A program made the position numbers and the translations under genes. From the NCBI GenBank assembly GCA_034926785.1, contig JAYFQU010000009.1, forward strand, positions 118 through 64,117: a stretch of DNA of 64,000 nucleotides. The letters run 5' to 3'. Of the stretch, positions 45,980 to 54,011 are shown piece by piece; positions within the stretch are counted from its first letter, which is position 1, and each line of letters begins with the position of its first letter. The stretch is from Christensenella sp. Lineage in GTDB: Bacteria; Bacillota; Clostridia; Christensenellales; CAG-138. Under the pieces are notes generated by a model that was not told the origin of the DNA, searched no databases, and saw nothing but the letters and a program-made list of their open reading frames with translations.

Positions 45980-47860
45980 ATGGCAAAAAAACAGTTTAAG
46001 GCAGAATCGCGGCGCATTCTCGATCTGATGATCGACTCCATTTATACGCATAAGGAAATTTTCCTCCGCGAACTCATCAGCAACGCGAGCGACGCGATTG
46101 ACAAGCTCTATTTCCTCTCGCTGACGGACGACAAGGTCGGGAAAAATCGTGAGGACTTCGAGATTCGCATTACGGCGGATAAGGAAAAGCGCATCCTGAC
46201 CATATCCGATAACGGCATCGGCATGACGAAGGAGGAGCTGGACGAGAACCTTGGCACCATCGCCAAAAGCGGCACGCTGGCGTTTAAAAAGGAGCATGAC
46301 ACGGGCGATGCGGTGGATATCATCGGTCAGTTCGGCGTGGGTTTCTACTCCTCATTTATGGTTGCGGAAGATGTCAAGGTGCTTTCCCGCGCCTATGGCA
46401 GCGAGGAGGCCTGGCTCTGGGAAAGCGCGGGGCGTGAGGGCTATACCATCACCGCGGCGGAAAAGCCGGAGTGCGGCACCGTCATTACCCTTGTGATCAA
46501 GGCCAACACCGAGGATGAGAATTACGACCGCTTCCTGAGCCAGCATACGATCTCCTCGCTCATCAGGCAATATTCGGACTATATTCGCTACCCGATCCGC
46601 ATGGCGACCGAGCACACCCGCGCGAAAAACGGCGACCCGGGCGACACGGAGACCGTCACCGAGGACGAAACGCTCAACAGCATGGTTCCGATCTGGAAAA
46701 AGAGCAAGAGCGAGCTCAAGGATGCGGACTATAACGAGTTTTACAAGAGCAAGTTCCACGATTACGAGGATCCGCTTCTGACGATCCACTTCAGCGGCGA
46801 GGGCGCAGTGAGCTATGACGCGCTGCTCTTTATTCCGAAGAACCCACCGTATGATTTCTATGCCAAGGAGTATCAGCGCGGGTTGCAGCTCTATTCCAGC
46901 GGCGTGATGATTATGGAAAAATGCGCCGACCTGCTGCCGGACTACTTTGGTTTTGTGAGCGGTCTGGTGGATTCCAGCGATCTTTCGCTGAATATCTCCC
47001 GCGAGCTGCTGCAGCACGACCGCCAGCTCAAAACCATTGCCGTCACGCTTAAAAAGCGGATCAAGACCGAGCTCAAGAAGCTCCTGGATAACGACCGCGA
47101 GAAGTATGAGCAGTTTTACAAGAGCTTCCGGCTCCCGATTAAATACGGCCTCTACAGCGACTACGGCATGAATAAGGACTTCCTCTCCGACCTCGTGCTC
47201 TATCACAGCGCGGCGGAAAACAAGCTCGTCTCGCTCAAGGAGTATGTGGACGGGATGAAAGAGGATCAGAAGCACATCTACTATGCCTGTGCCGAGACGG
47301 TGGAGCGTGCGATGAAGCTTCCGCAGACCGAGCGCGTGCGCGACCAGGGATATGACATTCTTTGCATGACGGACGATGTGGATGAGTTTGCCATTCGCAT
47401 GCTCGGCACCTATCTGGAGAAGACCTTCAAGTCGGTTTCCGACGCGGATCTCAACCTCGTTTCCGATGAGGAGAAGCGCGCGCAGGAACGCGCGGAGGAA
47501 GAGCACAAGGATCTGCTCGCCGCGCTGAAGGATGCGCTGAACGGCAAGGTCAAGGGCGTCCGCCTCAGCGACCGGCTTAAGAGCTCGCCCGTGTGCCTGA
47601 CCAGCGACGGCCCGCTCTCCATCGAGATGGAGAAGGTGCTCGCGAGCATGCCGGTTTCCGACGGCAGTGTCAAGGCGGAGCGCGTACTGGAGATCAATCC
47701 CGCGCACCCGGTGTTCGGCGTGCTCTCCACGCTGAGCGCGAGTGACCTGCGCGTGACAAAATACGCCAACCTGCTTTACGATCAGGCACTGCTGATCGAG
47801 GGGTTGGCAATCGAGGACCCGGTTGCATTTTCCAACGCGATCTGTGAACTGATGGTCTAA
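45980..47860 (+). CDS. htpG: Molecular chaperone HtpG (Hsp90)
   Basis: The N-terminal GHKL ATPase motifs are IFLRELISNASDA, DNGIGMT and GQFGVGFYS. Length and architecture are full-size. The start was moved to ATG 45980 after GGAGG. Confidence 0.92.
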   Translation: MAKKQFKAESRRILDLMIDSIYTHKEIFLRELISNASDAIDKLYFLSLTDDKVGKNREDFEIRITADKEKRILTISDNGIGMTKEELDENLGTIAKSGTLAFKKEHDTGDAVDIIGQFGVGFYSSFMVAEDVKVLSRAYGSEEAWLWESAGREGYTITAAEKPECGTVITLVIKANTEDENYDRFLSQHTISSLIRQYSDYIRYPIRMATEHTRAKNGDPGDTETVTEDETLNSMVPIWKKSKSELKDADYNEFYKSKFHDYEDPLLTIHFSGEGAVSYDALLFIPKNPPYDFYAKEYQRGLQLYSSGVMIMEKCADLLPDYFGFVSGLVDSSDLSLNISRELLQHDRQLKTIAVTLKKRIKTELKKLLDNDREKYEQFYKSFRLPIKYGLYSDYGMNKDFLSDLVLYHSAAENKLVSLKEYVDGMKEDQKHIYYACAETVERAMKLPQTERVRDQGYDILCMTDDVDEFAIRMLGTYLEKTFKSVSDADLNLVSDEEKRAQERAEEEHKDLLAALKDALNGKVKGVRLSDRLKSSPVCLTSDGPLSIEMEKVLASMPVSDGSVKAERVLEINPAHPVFGVLSTLSASDLRVTKYANLLYDQALLIEGLAIEDPVAFSNAICELMV

Positions 47861-47924
47861 CGATTCAAAGACGGTTAAGGGGAATCGCGAGGGGCGCCGC
47901 CCTTTGCCCCGTGCCCTTATGCAT

Positions 47925-47953
47925 AGCGGCAGGTCCAAAGGCCTGCCGCTTTT
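47925..47953. terminator. Bidirectional terminator between htpG and leuA
   Basis: agcggcagg tccaaag cctgccgct stem-loop followed by ttt. Confidence 0.6.
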
Positions 47954-47977
47954 GCGTGTTAATGCGGGTTTGCTTGA

Positions 47978-49666
47978 TCAGAGGCCGAGTTTCTTTGCGC
48001 GGTTGATGGCGGAGAGGATGCCGCGCAGCGGAGCCAGGCTGATATTGGGCGAAATACCGACGCCGAAGACATCCTTGCCCTCGTGGGTGCGCAGGTGGAT
48101 ATAGGCTACCGCCATGGAGTCCGAACCGCTGCGAATCGCGTGCTCCTTATAGTCCACAAATGAGAAGCGATCCATCCGCTGCCCCTTGATCGCGTTGAAG
48201 AACGCGTCGATGGGCCCGTTGCCCTCGCCGGAGACTTCGAAGACGGTGTCCTTATGGGAAAGCGTGCCGGAAAACGACACCTGCGAGTTGCCCGACGCAT
48301 CCGTAGTCTCGCTGAACGCATGGCGCAGCAGGCGATATGGCGCGTTAATCTCCACATACTCTACCTGAAACAGTTCGTAGATGCGATCTGGTTTGAGCTC
48401 TTTGCCCATGCGGTCGGTCTCCTTCTGTACCACCGCGCCGAACTCCGGCTGCATGACCTTCGGCAGGTCGTAGCCGAAGTTTTGCTGCAGAATGAACGCG
48501 GAACCGCCCTTGCCGCTTTGGCTGTTGATTCGAATGATCGGCTCATACTGCCGCCCGACATCCGCCGGATCAATCGGCAGATAGGGAACCTCCCACATAT
48601 CGCTGCCGGACTCCTTCATGTATTGGAACCCCTTGTTGATGGCATCCTGATGGGAGCCGGAGAACGCGGTGAACACCAGTTCGCCCGCATAGGGCTGCCG
48701 CTCGCCAACCCGCATCTTGGTGACCCGCTCGTATACCTCGCGGATTGTGTTGATATCCGAAAAATCCAGCTTCGGATCGACCTGCTGGGTATAGAGATTC
48801 ATCGCAAGCGTGATGAGATCGACATTGCCCGTTCGCTCCCCATTGCCAAAGAGCGTACCCTCGATGCGTTCCGCTCCGGCGAGCAGCCCCAACTCTGCGG
48901 TTGCCACGCCTGAGCCGCGGTCGTTGTGCGGATGCAGGGAGATGATCGCGCTCTCGCGGTTGGGCAGGGCGCGGATGAAGTATTCGATCTCGTCCGCAAA
49001 ATAGTTGGGCATGCAGTTTTCCACCGTGGAGGGGAGATTGAGGATCACGGGCTTCTCCTGAGAGGCGTGCAGCGTTTCCATCACGCGGCGGCAGATTTCA
49101 ACCGCGTTGTCCACCTCGGTTCCCATGAAGGACTCCGGCGAATATTCAAAGCGCAGGTTTGTTCCGGCGGCGCGGAGGGGCTGCGCAAGGTTGTAGATGA
49201 GCGCCGCCGCATCCACGGCGATGCCCACAATGCCGTCCATCTCCATACGGAACACAACCTTGCGCTGCAGGGCGGAGGTGGAATTGTAGAAGTGCAGGAT
49301 GACGTTTTTCGCGCCGGAGATCGCCTCAAAGGTACGTTGGATGAGATGCGCGCGCGCCTGCACGAGCACCTGGATGGTTACGTCATCCGGGATATGGCCG
49401 CCATCAATGAGGGTGCGGATGAATTCAAACTCCGTTTCGGAGGCGGAGGGAAACCCCACCTCAATCTCCTTGAGCCCGATGTTGACCAGCGTATGAAACA
49501 ACTCCAGCTTTTCGGAGACGTTCATGGGGTCGACCAGCGCCTGATTTCCGTCCCGCAGATCGACCGAGCACCAGCTCGGCGCGTGCAGAATCTGCTTGTC
49601 CGGCCAGGTACGGGTTGGCAGATTGATCGGTTCAAAGGATACATACTTTTCGAATTTGCTTTTCAC
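47978..49666 (-). CDS. leuA: 2-isopropylmalate synthase (long form)
   Basis: The WCSVDLRDGNQ catalytic motif, HPHNDRGSGVA and the C-terminal LeuA dimerisation/regulatory domain are present. GTG start at 49666 after GGAGGAG. Confidence 0.9.
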   Translation of the reverse strand: MKSKFEKYVSFEPINLPTRTWPDKQILHAPSWCSVDLRDGNQALVDPMNVSEKLELFHTLVNIGLKEIEVGFPSASETEFEFIRTLIDGGHIPDDVTIQVLVQARAHLIQRTFEAISGAKNVILHFYNSTSALQRKVVFRMEMDGIVGIAVDAAALIYNLAQPLRAAGTNLRFEYSPESFMGTEVDNAVEICRRVMETLHASQEKPVILNLPSTVENCMPNYFADEIEYFIRALPNRESAIISLHPHNDRGSGVATAELGLLAGAERIEGTLFGNGERTGNVDLITLAMNLYTQQVDPKLDFSDINTIREVYERVTKMRVGERQPYAGELVFTAFSGSHQDAINKGFQYMKESGSDMWEVPYLPIDPADVGRQYEPIIRINSQSGKGGSAFILQQNFGYDLPKVMQPEFGAVVQKETDRMGKELKPDRIYELFQVEYVEINAPYRLLRHAFSETTDASGNSQVSFSGTLSHKDTVFEVSGEGNGPIDAFFNAIKGQRMDRFSFVDYKEHAIRSGSDSMAVAYIHLRTHEGKDVFGVGISPNISLAPLRGILSAINRAKKLGL

Positions 49667-49699
49667 GGGATACTCCTCCTTTTGCTTGGCGGTCAGGAG

Positions 49700-49988
49700 C
49701 AAACAAAAACCCCCGACCAAATCGATTTGGTCAGGGGCGTAAATTCGATACGCGGTACCACCCTGGTTTGACTGCCGGTTCCCCGAACAATCCTCATTAA
49801 CCTCCAACAAGGCCGTAACCGGTAACGAGGTCAGTCGTCTCGCCCTAACCCAACGGGTTCAGGCGAACAGCTCCGGGATGAGTCATACACACGGTTCGCA
49901 GCACCGGCTCGCACCAACCGCCGGTTCTCTTAAGCTGTAGAGGCCGCGTCTTGTTCCCTTCAGCGCCTTTCAATAAATAATATATGAT
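49700..49988 (-). promoter_or_regulatory. T-box leader, specifier CUC (Leu), with an intrinsic terminator
   Basis: Read on the minus strand. The AGAGA bulge, the distal UGGUGCG loop and the specifier loop UGA-CUC-A (CUC = plus 49880-49882) are present. The T-box sequence is CAGGGUGGUACCGCG (plus 49751-49763). The terminator is ccccugaccaaaucgauuuggucggggg followed by a U-run. Confidence 0.88.
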
Positions 49989-49995
49989 TGTTGCA

Positions 49996-50024
49996 ATTTT
50001 ATGCGATGGGGCCGCATCTGTCAA
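49996..50024 (-). promoter_or_regulatory. Sigma-A type promoter for the leuA leader
   Basis: On the minus strand: TTGACA, a 17-nt spacer, then TAAAAT. Confidence 0.55.
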
Positions 50025-50164
50025 GAGAAAGTTTCCGTTTTTTTACCGTTTGTCTGGGGGGATAAACGAATCACGGCAGGTTTCTTTGCAATCTGCCGCG
50101 TTCAAATGCGCACCGGTACGATATTCCTTGCTTTACATTTTACAAACGGATAAAATAATTACGT

Positions 50165-50599
50165 ATGGCCATGATTGATGAAATTCGTCGCGCAACACAG
50201 TCCAACGCCTGCGCAAACCCGCGGCAACTCTCGCCGCTGGCGCTTGCGCAAATTGGCGATACCGTTTGCGATCTTTACGCACGCGTTTACCTGAATGACC
50301 AGTTCGCCCGTTCGCCGCACGAGTTGCACATCGCCGCGAGCAAATACGTTTGCGCGGCAGGGCAGGCGGCGGCTTACCGCAGGATGGAGCCCCACCTGAC
50401 CGAGGATGAAAACGCCGTCTTTCGCCGCGGGCGCAACGCCCACAGCGGCACTATGCCAAAGAACGCCACCGCCGCGGACTACCACACGGCAACGGGGCTT
50501 GAGGCATTGTTCGGCTGGTTGTTTTTGAGCGGCGAGGACGCAAGGCTCAACGAGTTGATGACGATCTATTTTCAGCCGGAGACGAAACAGATCCCTTAA
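50165..50599 (+). CDS. mrnC: Mini-ribonuclease 3 (Mini-III, MrnC)
   Basis: 144 aa. LALAQIGDTVCDLYAR and TATGLEALFGWLFLSG are typical of Mini-III. It lies upstream of rlmB-sigH, as in Bacillus. Confidence 0.8.
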   Translation: MAMIDEIRRATQSNACANPRQLSPLALAQIGDTVCDLYARVYLNDQFARSPHELHIAASKYVCAAGQAAAYRRMEPHLTEDENAVFRRGRNAHSGTMPKNATAADYHTATGLEALFGWLFLSGEDARLNELMTIYFQPETKQIP

Positions 50600-50659
50600 A
50601 GCCATCAAAACAAAACGGATTTCGAACACTATTTTAGATTGAAATGAGGAAACAGATTC

Positions 50660-51982
50660 ATGCCGCAGGATAAATACGGCTCCGGCCAGGGTGGCCAAAA
50701 CAAAGGTTCCTACAACCGCTCCGGCGATAAGCCGCAGGGTGGTTATAAAAAGACATACGGCGACAAGTCACAGGGTGGTTATAAAAAGACATATGGCGAC
50801 AAGCCGCAGGGCGAGGGCTATCAAGGCAAGCGCTCCTATGGCGACAAGCCGCAGGGAGGCTATGGCAAGCCTTATGGCGAACGCTCCTATGACAAAAAGC
50901 CGTATGGCGACAAGCCACAGGGCGAAGGCTATCAGGGCAAGCGCTCCTATGGCGACAAGCCGCAGGGAGGCTATGGCAAGCCCTCTGGCGAACGTTCCTA
51001 TGACAAAAAGCCGTATGGCGACAAGCCGCAGGGCGAGGGCTATCAAGGAAAGCGTTCTTACGATAAGAAACCGTACGGTGAGAAGTCCTTCGAGAAGAAA
51101 CCCTATGGCAACAAGCCGTATGAGAAGAAGCCGTACGATAAAAAGGCGTCCTATGACGACCGCCGCGCGGAGGAGATGAAGCTGCGCGACCGCCTGCTGG
51201 AGGATGAAGCCCCCGTCGATCAGGACGAGCTTCCATTCCTCATCCTCGGGCGTAACGCCGTCAAAGAGGCCATCAAGAGCGAGCGCAGCATCGACCGCAT
51301 CGAAGTCGTCGGCGACCCGGATGGCTCGCTGCGCGAAATCCTCGCCCTCGCGCGGGAACGCAAGCTCATCGTCCGTGAGGTGGACAAACGCCATCTGGAC
51401 GAGATCTGCCTGCCATTCGGTCACGGCGGCAAGCCGGGCAACCACCAGGGCATCGTGGCTTACGCCGCGGGCGTGGAATATTGCACGGTGCAGGAGATCC
51501 TCGCACTCGCCAGAGAAAAGAAGGAAGATCCGTTCGTGATCGTTCTCGACGGCATCACGGATCCGCATAATCTCGGTTCCATCATCCGCAGCGCGGAGTG
51601 CGCGGGCGCGCATGGCGTCGTCATCGGTAAGCGCAGGAGCGCCTCCGTCACCGCCGCAACGGTCAAGGCCAGCGCTGGTGCGACGGAGCATGTGCTCATC
51701 GCGCGCGTGGTCAACATCCCAGCCGCAATCGACGAACTCAAGCGTGCGAAGCTCTGGGTTGCGGGCGCGGATATGAAGGGGCAGCCGATGGATAAGCAGG
51801 GGCTGAATGGCCCGCTCGCGCTGGTAATCGGCGGCGAGGGAGATGGGCTGAGCAAGCTCGTTGCGGAAAAGTGTGACTTTCTGGTTGCTATCCCGCAGTA
51901 TGGCAAGATCGGCTCACTCAACGCCGGCGTTGCCGCGGGCGTGTTGATGTTTGAAAAGAAAAGACAGGATAAGGCTGAATGA
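50660..51982 (+). CDS. rlmB: 23S rRNA (guanosine-2'-O)-methyltransferase RlmB/YacO (SpoU/TrmH family) with a roughly 185-aa repetitive K/G/Y/P-rich N-terminal extension
   Basis: The C-terminal 250 aa hold the SpoU substrate-binding and methylase domains (LDGITDPHNLGSIIRSAECAGAHGV, LVIGGEGDGLS, IPQYGKIGSLNAGVAAGV). The N-terminus consists of GDKPQG.GY..K.YG repeats. Confidence 0.8.
   Translation: MPQDKYGSGQGGQNKGSYNRSGDKPQGGYKKTYGDKSQGGYKKTYGDKPQGEGYQGKRSYGDKPQGGYGKPYGERSYDKKPYGDKPQGEGYQGKRSYGDKPQGGYGKPSGERSYDKKPYGDKPQGEGYQGKRSYDKKPYGEKSFEKKPYGNKPYEKKPYDKKASYDDRRAEEMKLRDRLLEDEAPVDQDELPFLILGRNAVKEAIKSERSIDRIEVVGDPDGSLREILALARERKLIVREVDKRHLDEICLPFGHGGKPGNHQGIVAYAAGVEYCTVQEILALAREKKEDPFVIVLDGITDPHNLGSIIRSAECAGAHGVVIGKRRSASVTAATVKASAGATEHVLIARVVNIPAAIDELKRAKLWVAGADMKGQPMDKQGLNGPLALVIGGEGDGLSKLVAEKCDFLVAIPQYGKIGSLNAGVAAGVLMFEKKRQDKAE
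50795..51075 (+). repeat. In-frame tandem repeat, 111-nt (37-codon) unit, about 2.5 copies, inside rlmB
   Basis: The unit encodes GDKPQGEGYQGKRSYGDKPQGGYGKPYGERSYDKKPY. It is repeated at 50795 and 50906 with few substitutions, and a third partial unit follows. Confidence 0.7.
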
Positions 51983-52593
51983 AATCATATGATTCCCTGA
52001 CCGACGAGGAACTGCTTCGCCTGCATCGCGCGGGCGACGAGCGCGCGGAGGAGACGCTCTATGCGCGCTACAAGCAGATTGTGCGCAGCAAGGCGCGCAC
52101 CTATTTTCTCGTTGGTGCGGATCATGAGGACATCATTCAGGAGGGCATGATCGGGCTGTATAAGGCCGTGATGGACTATCAGTTCGACAGACCCGCTTCG
52201 TTTCGCGGCTTTGCGGAGCTCTGCATCACGCGGCAGATCATCACCGCGATCAAGAGCGCAACGCGCAAAAAGCATCTGCCGCTGAACACCTATATCTCCT
52301 TCAATCGCCCCACCTACGAGGGGGAAAACGAGCGTCCGCTGATCGACGTGCTCACCAGCACGCGCATCAGCGACCCGGAGGAGGTGCTCATCGGGCGCGA
52401 GAACTATGCGGCGGTTGCGGATAGCATTGAGCACTCGCTGAGCAAGCTGGAGCATAACGCGCTGGGGCTCTATCTCTACGGATACAGCTATCAACAGATT
52501 GCGGATATGCTGCAAATCACCACCAAAAGTGTGGATAACGCGATTCAGCGAGTGAAAAAAAAGCTGGAGACAAGGCTGAAAGAGCTGGAGTAA
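51979..52593 (+). CDS. sigH: RNA polymerase sigma factor SigH (sporulation/stationary-phase sigma-70 family)
   Basis: EDIIQEGMIGLYKAVMDYQFDRPASFRGFAELCITRQIITAIKSATRKKHLPLN closely resembles Bacillus SigH region 2-3. The gene order mrnC-rlmB-sigH supports the call. Confidence 0.8.
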   Translation: MKSYDSLTDEELLRLHRAGDERAEETLYARYKQIVRSKARTYFLVGADHEDIIQEGMIGLYKAVMDYQFDRPASFRGFAELCITRQIITAIKSATRKKHLPLNTYISFNRPTYEGENERPLIDVLTSTRISDPEEVLIGRENYAAVADSIEHSLSKLEHNALGLYLYGYSYQQIADMLQITTKSVDNAIQRVKKKLETRLKELE

Positions 52594-52622
52594 GACCAGG
52601 CGGCAACCCTTAAAGCATAGAA

Positions 52623-52645
52623 AAAAGGATGGCGGCCCATCCTTT
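52623..52645. terminator. Terminator hairpin after sigH, copy 1 of a 23-nt direct duplication
   Basis: aaaaggatggcggcccatccttt (stem ggatgg / ccatcc). An identical 23-mer recurs at 52840-52862, where it runs into a longer T-tract. Confidence 0.6.
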
Positions 52646-52839
52646 CAGTCTGTCAAAAAAGTCCCGGGATTGTTAAGGGCCGTAGTCCTTAACCCATCGA
52701 TTCCGGCTGCGGTGGCTTAGCCGCCGCGACGGATCGCCCGGAGTCGGGCGATTTCTTCACAGCTCTTTGCCGTTCGGAGTCCGGAGAACGAGAGGCAAAG
52801 AACGGTTGTCCCGTCAAAAAACTCGTTTTTTGACGGCCT
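52646..52839 (+). repeat. Intergenic repeat family A, copy 3 (about 168-nt core plus a 3' hairpin)
   Basis: It starts cagtctgtcaaaaaagtcccgggattg. The core ends ggcaaagaacggttgtcccg at 52813, followed by the perfect hairpin ccgtcaaaaaa ctcg ttttttgacgg. It is bracketed by the 23-nt duplication. Confidence 0.8.
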
Positions 52840-52880
52840 AAAAGGATGGCGGCCCATCCTTTTTTTGTATCGCAAAATTA

Positions 52881-53984
52881 TCAGTCGATGTAATATAGCG
52901 GGTTGTAGGGGATGCCGTCCACGATGACCTCATAATGAAACGTTGCTTTGTCTCCGTCTTCATCCTCGGCCAGGGTGCCGATCTTATCTCCCTGAAATAC
53001 GCGCTGGTTGAGTTCCACCTGTACATCCTTCAGGTGCGTCAGCCGCGAGACAAACCCGTTGCCGTGGTCAATATCCACCACGTAGCCGTATGCCCCGCGC
53101 TCTTTGCTGTATATCACAACACCCTCGCCAGGTGCGACGATATTCGTGCCCGGCACGTTCATGATGTTTAGCCCGTAGTTCATCTTCCCATTGGTGTAAC
53201 CAAAGTATCCGGTCAGCTGTCCGCGCATCGGGTAGCCGAGCTTCAGCGTGCCCTTGCTCTTTCCCTCCGGCCCTTCGAGCCGATCCGGCGCGCCGGATGG
53301 ATCCTTTTTCGCATAGGTGCCCGTGCGCAGAATGGTCGCGCGCGCCTCGCGCAGGGTCGTTGTCAATGGTGCGCCCGTCTCCAGCAGAACGCCGGCGCGA
53401 TAGACCGCCCTTACGCTGGTCTCGGTTTCCGCGCCCGTGCCGAGCTGGGTGATAATGCGCTCGCCCTTGGGCAGTGCGCCCTCCTCGGAGGAGGAGATTT
53501 GCGGGCTTTCCCTGCTGACCTGTGTGCGCAGCGTTGTGACCCGAATTGGCACCAGCGTCGGATTTGTGGAGAGCATCTCCAGCGCTTCGCTCGCGTCCAG
53601 CGGCTTGATATAGGGATCGCCGGGAGTGAGAATCAACTCGCAGTCAAACCGCGCGGAGAGAAATTTCTCCCCTTCCGGCGCGGTTGTACTGCTCAAATAC
53701 TCCCATAACATCTGCTTGGCGGCGAGCTCGGAGCTAAGCGTCATCAAAGGGACCCGGTCAACCAGAAGCGTGACGGTGTTTTGGTAGGAAACCGGTTCCA
53801 GCGTTGGCGCGGGGGTGGGTTGAATTGTATCGACGCTGACCATTTCGGCCGGCGCCTCCTCCAGCATCACCGGGCCAGTCTGCGGGCTGGGTCTGGCGGC
53901 GCGGAGTGCGCCGATCACGCCGAGCGAGAGCAGAACGCCCGCCGCTACAAAGAGAAAGATGCGGTTCAGGAACTTTTTATCCAC
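52881..53984 (-). CDS. M23/LytM-domain protein with apparently degenerate zinc-binding motifs, membrane-anchored
   Basis: N-terminal TM helix. The C-terminal LytM fold is recognisable (VAPGEGVVIYS..., YGYVVDIDHGNGFVSRLTHL, GDKIGTL). The HxxxD position reads YGLNIM, and HLHFE reads TFHYE. Confidence 0.7.
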   Translation of the reverse strand: MDKKFLNRIFLFVAAGVLLSLGVIGALRAARPSPQTGPVMLEEAPAEMVSVDTIQPTPAPTLEPVSYQNTVTLLVDRVPLMTLSSELAAKQMLWEYLSSTTAPEGEKFLSARFDCELILTPGDPYIKPLDASEALEMLSTNPTLVPIRVTTLRTQVSRESPQISSSEEGALPKGERIITQLGTGAETETSVRAVYRAGVLLETGAPLTTTLREARATILRTGTYAKKDPSGAPDRLEGPEGKSKGTLKLGYPMRGQLTGYFGYTNGKMNYGLNIMNVPGTNIVAPGEGVVIYSKERGAYGYVVDIDHGNGFVSRLTHLKDVQVELNQRVFQGDKIGTLAEDEDGDKATFHYEVIVDGIPYNPLYYID

Positions 53985-54011
53985 GAGACTGTAGAATCCC
54001 TTTCCTGCGCC

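Noticed and set aside
46352-47938. 528-aa minus-strand ORF. The same situation applies to 61976-63424 (482 aa), 54822-56171 (449 aa), 25714-26697, 41850-42665 and 8373-8840.
   Set aside because: Each is antisense to a confidently identified gene (htpG, thrS, the SpoIID-domain gene, the ABC permease, the aminotransferase and the lyase). They show low-complexity Arg-rich translations, so they are shadow ORFs.
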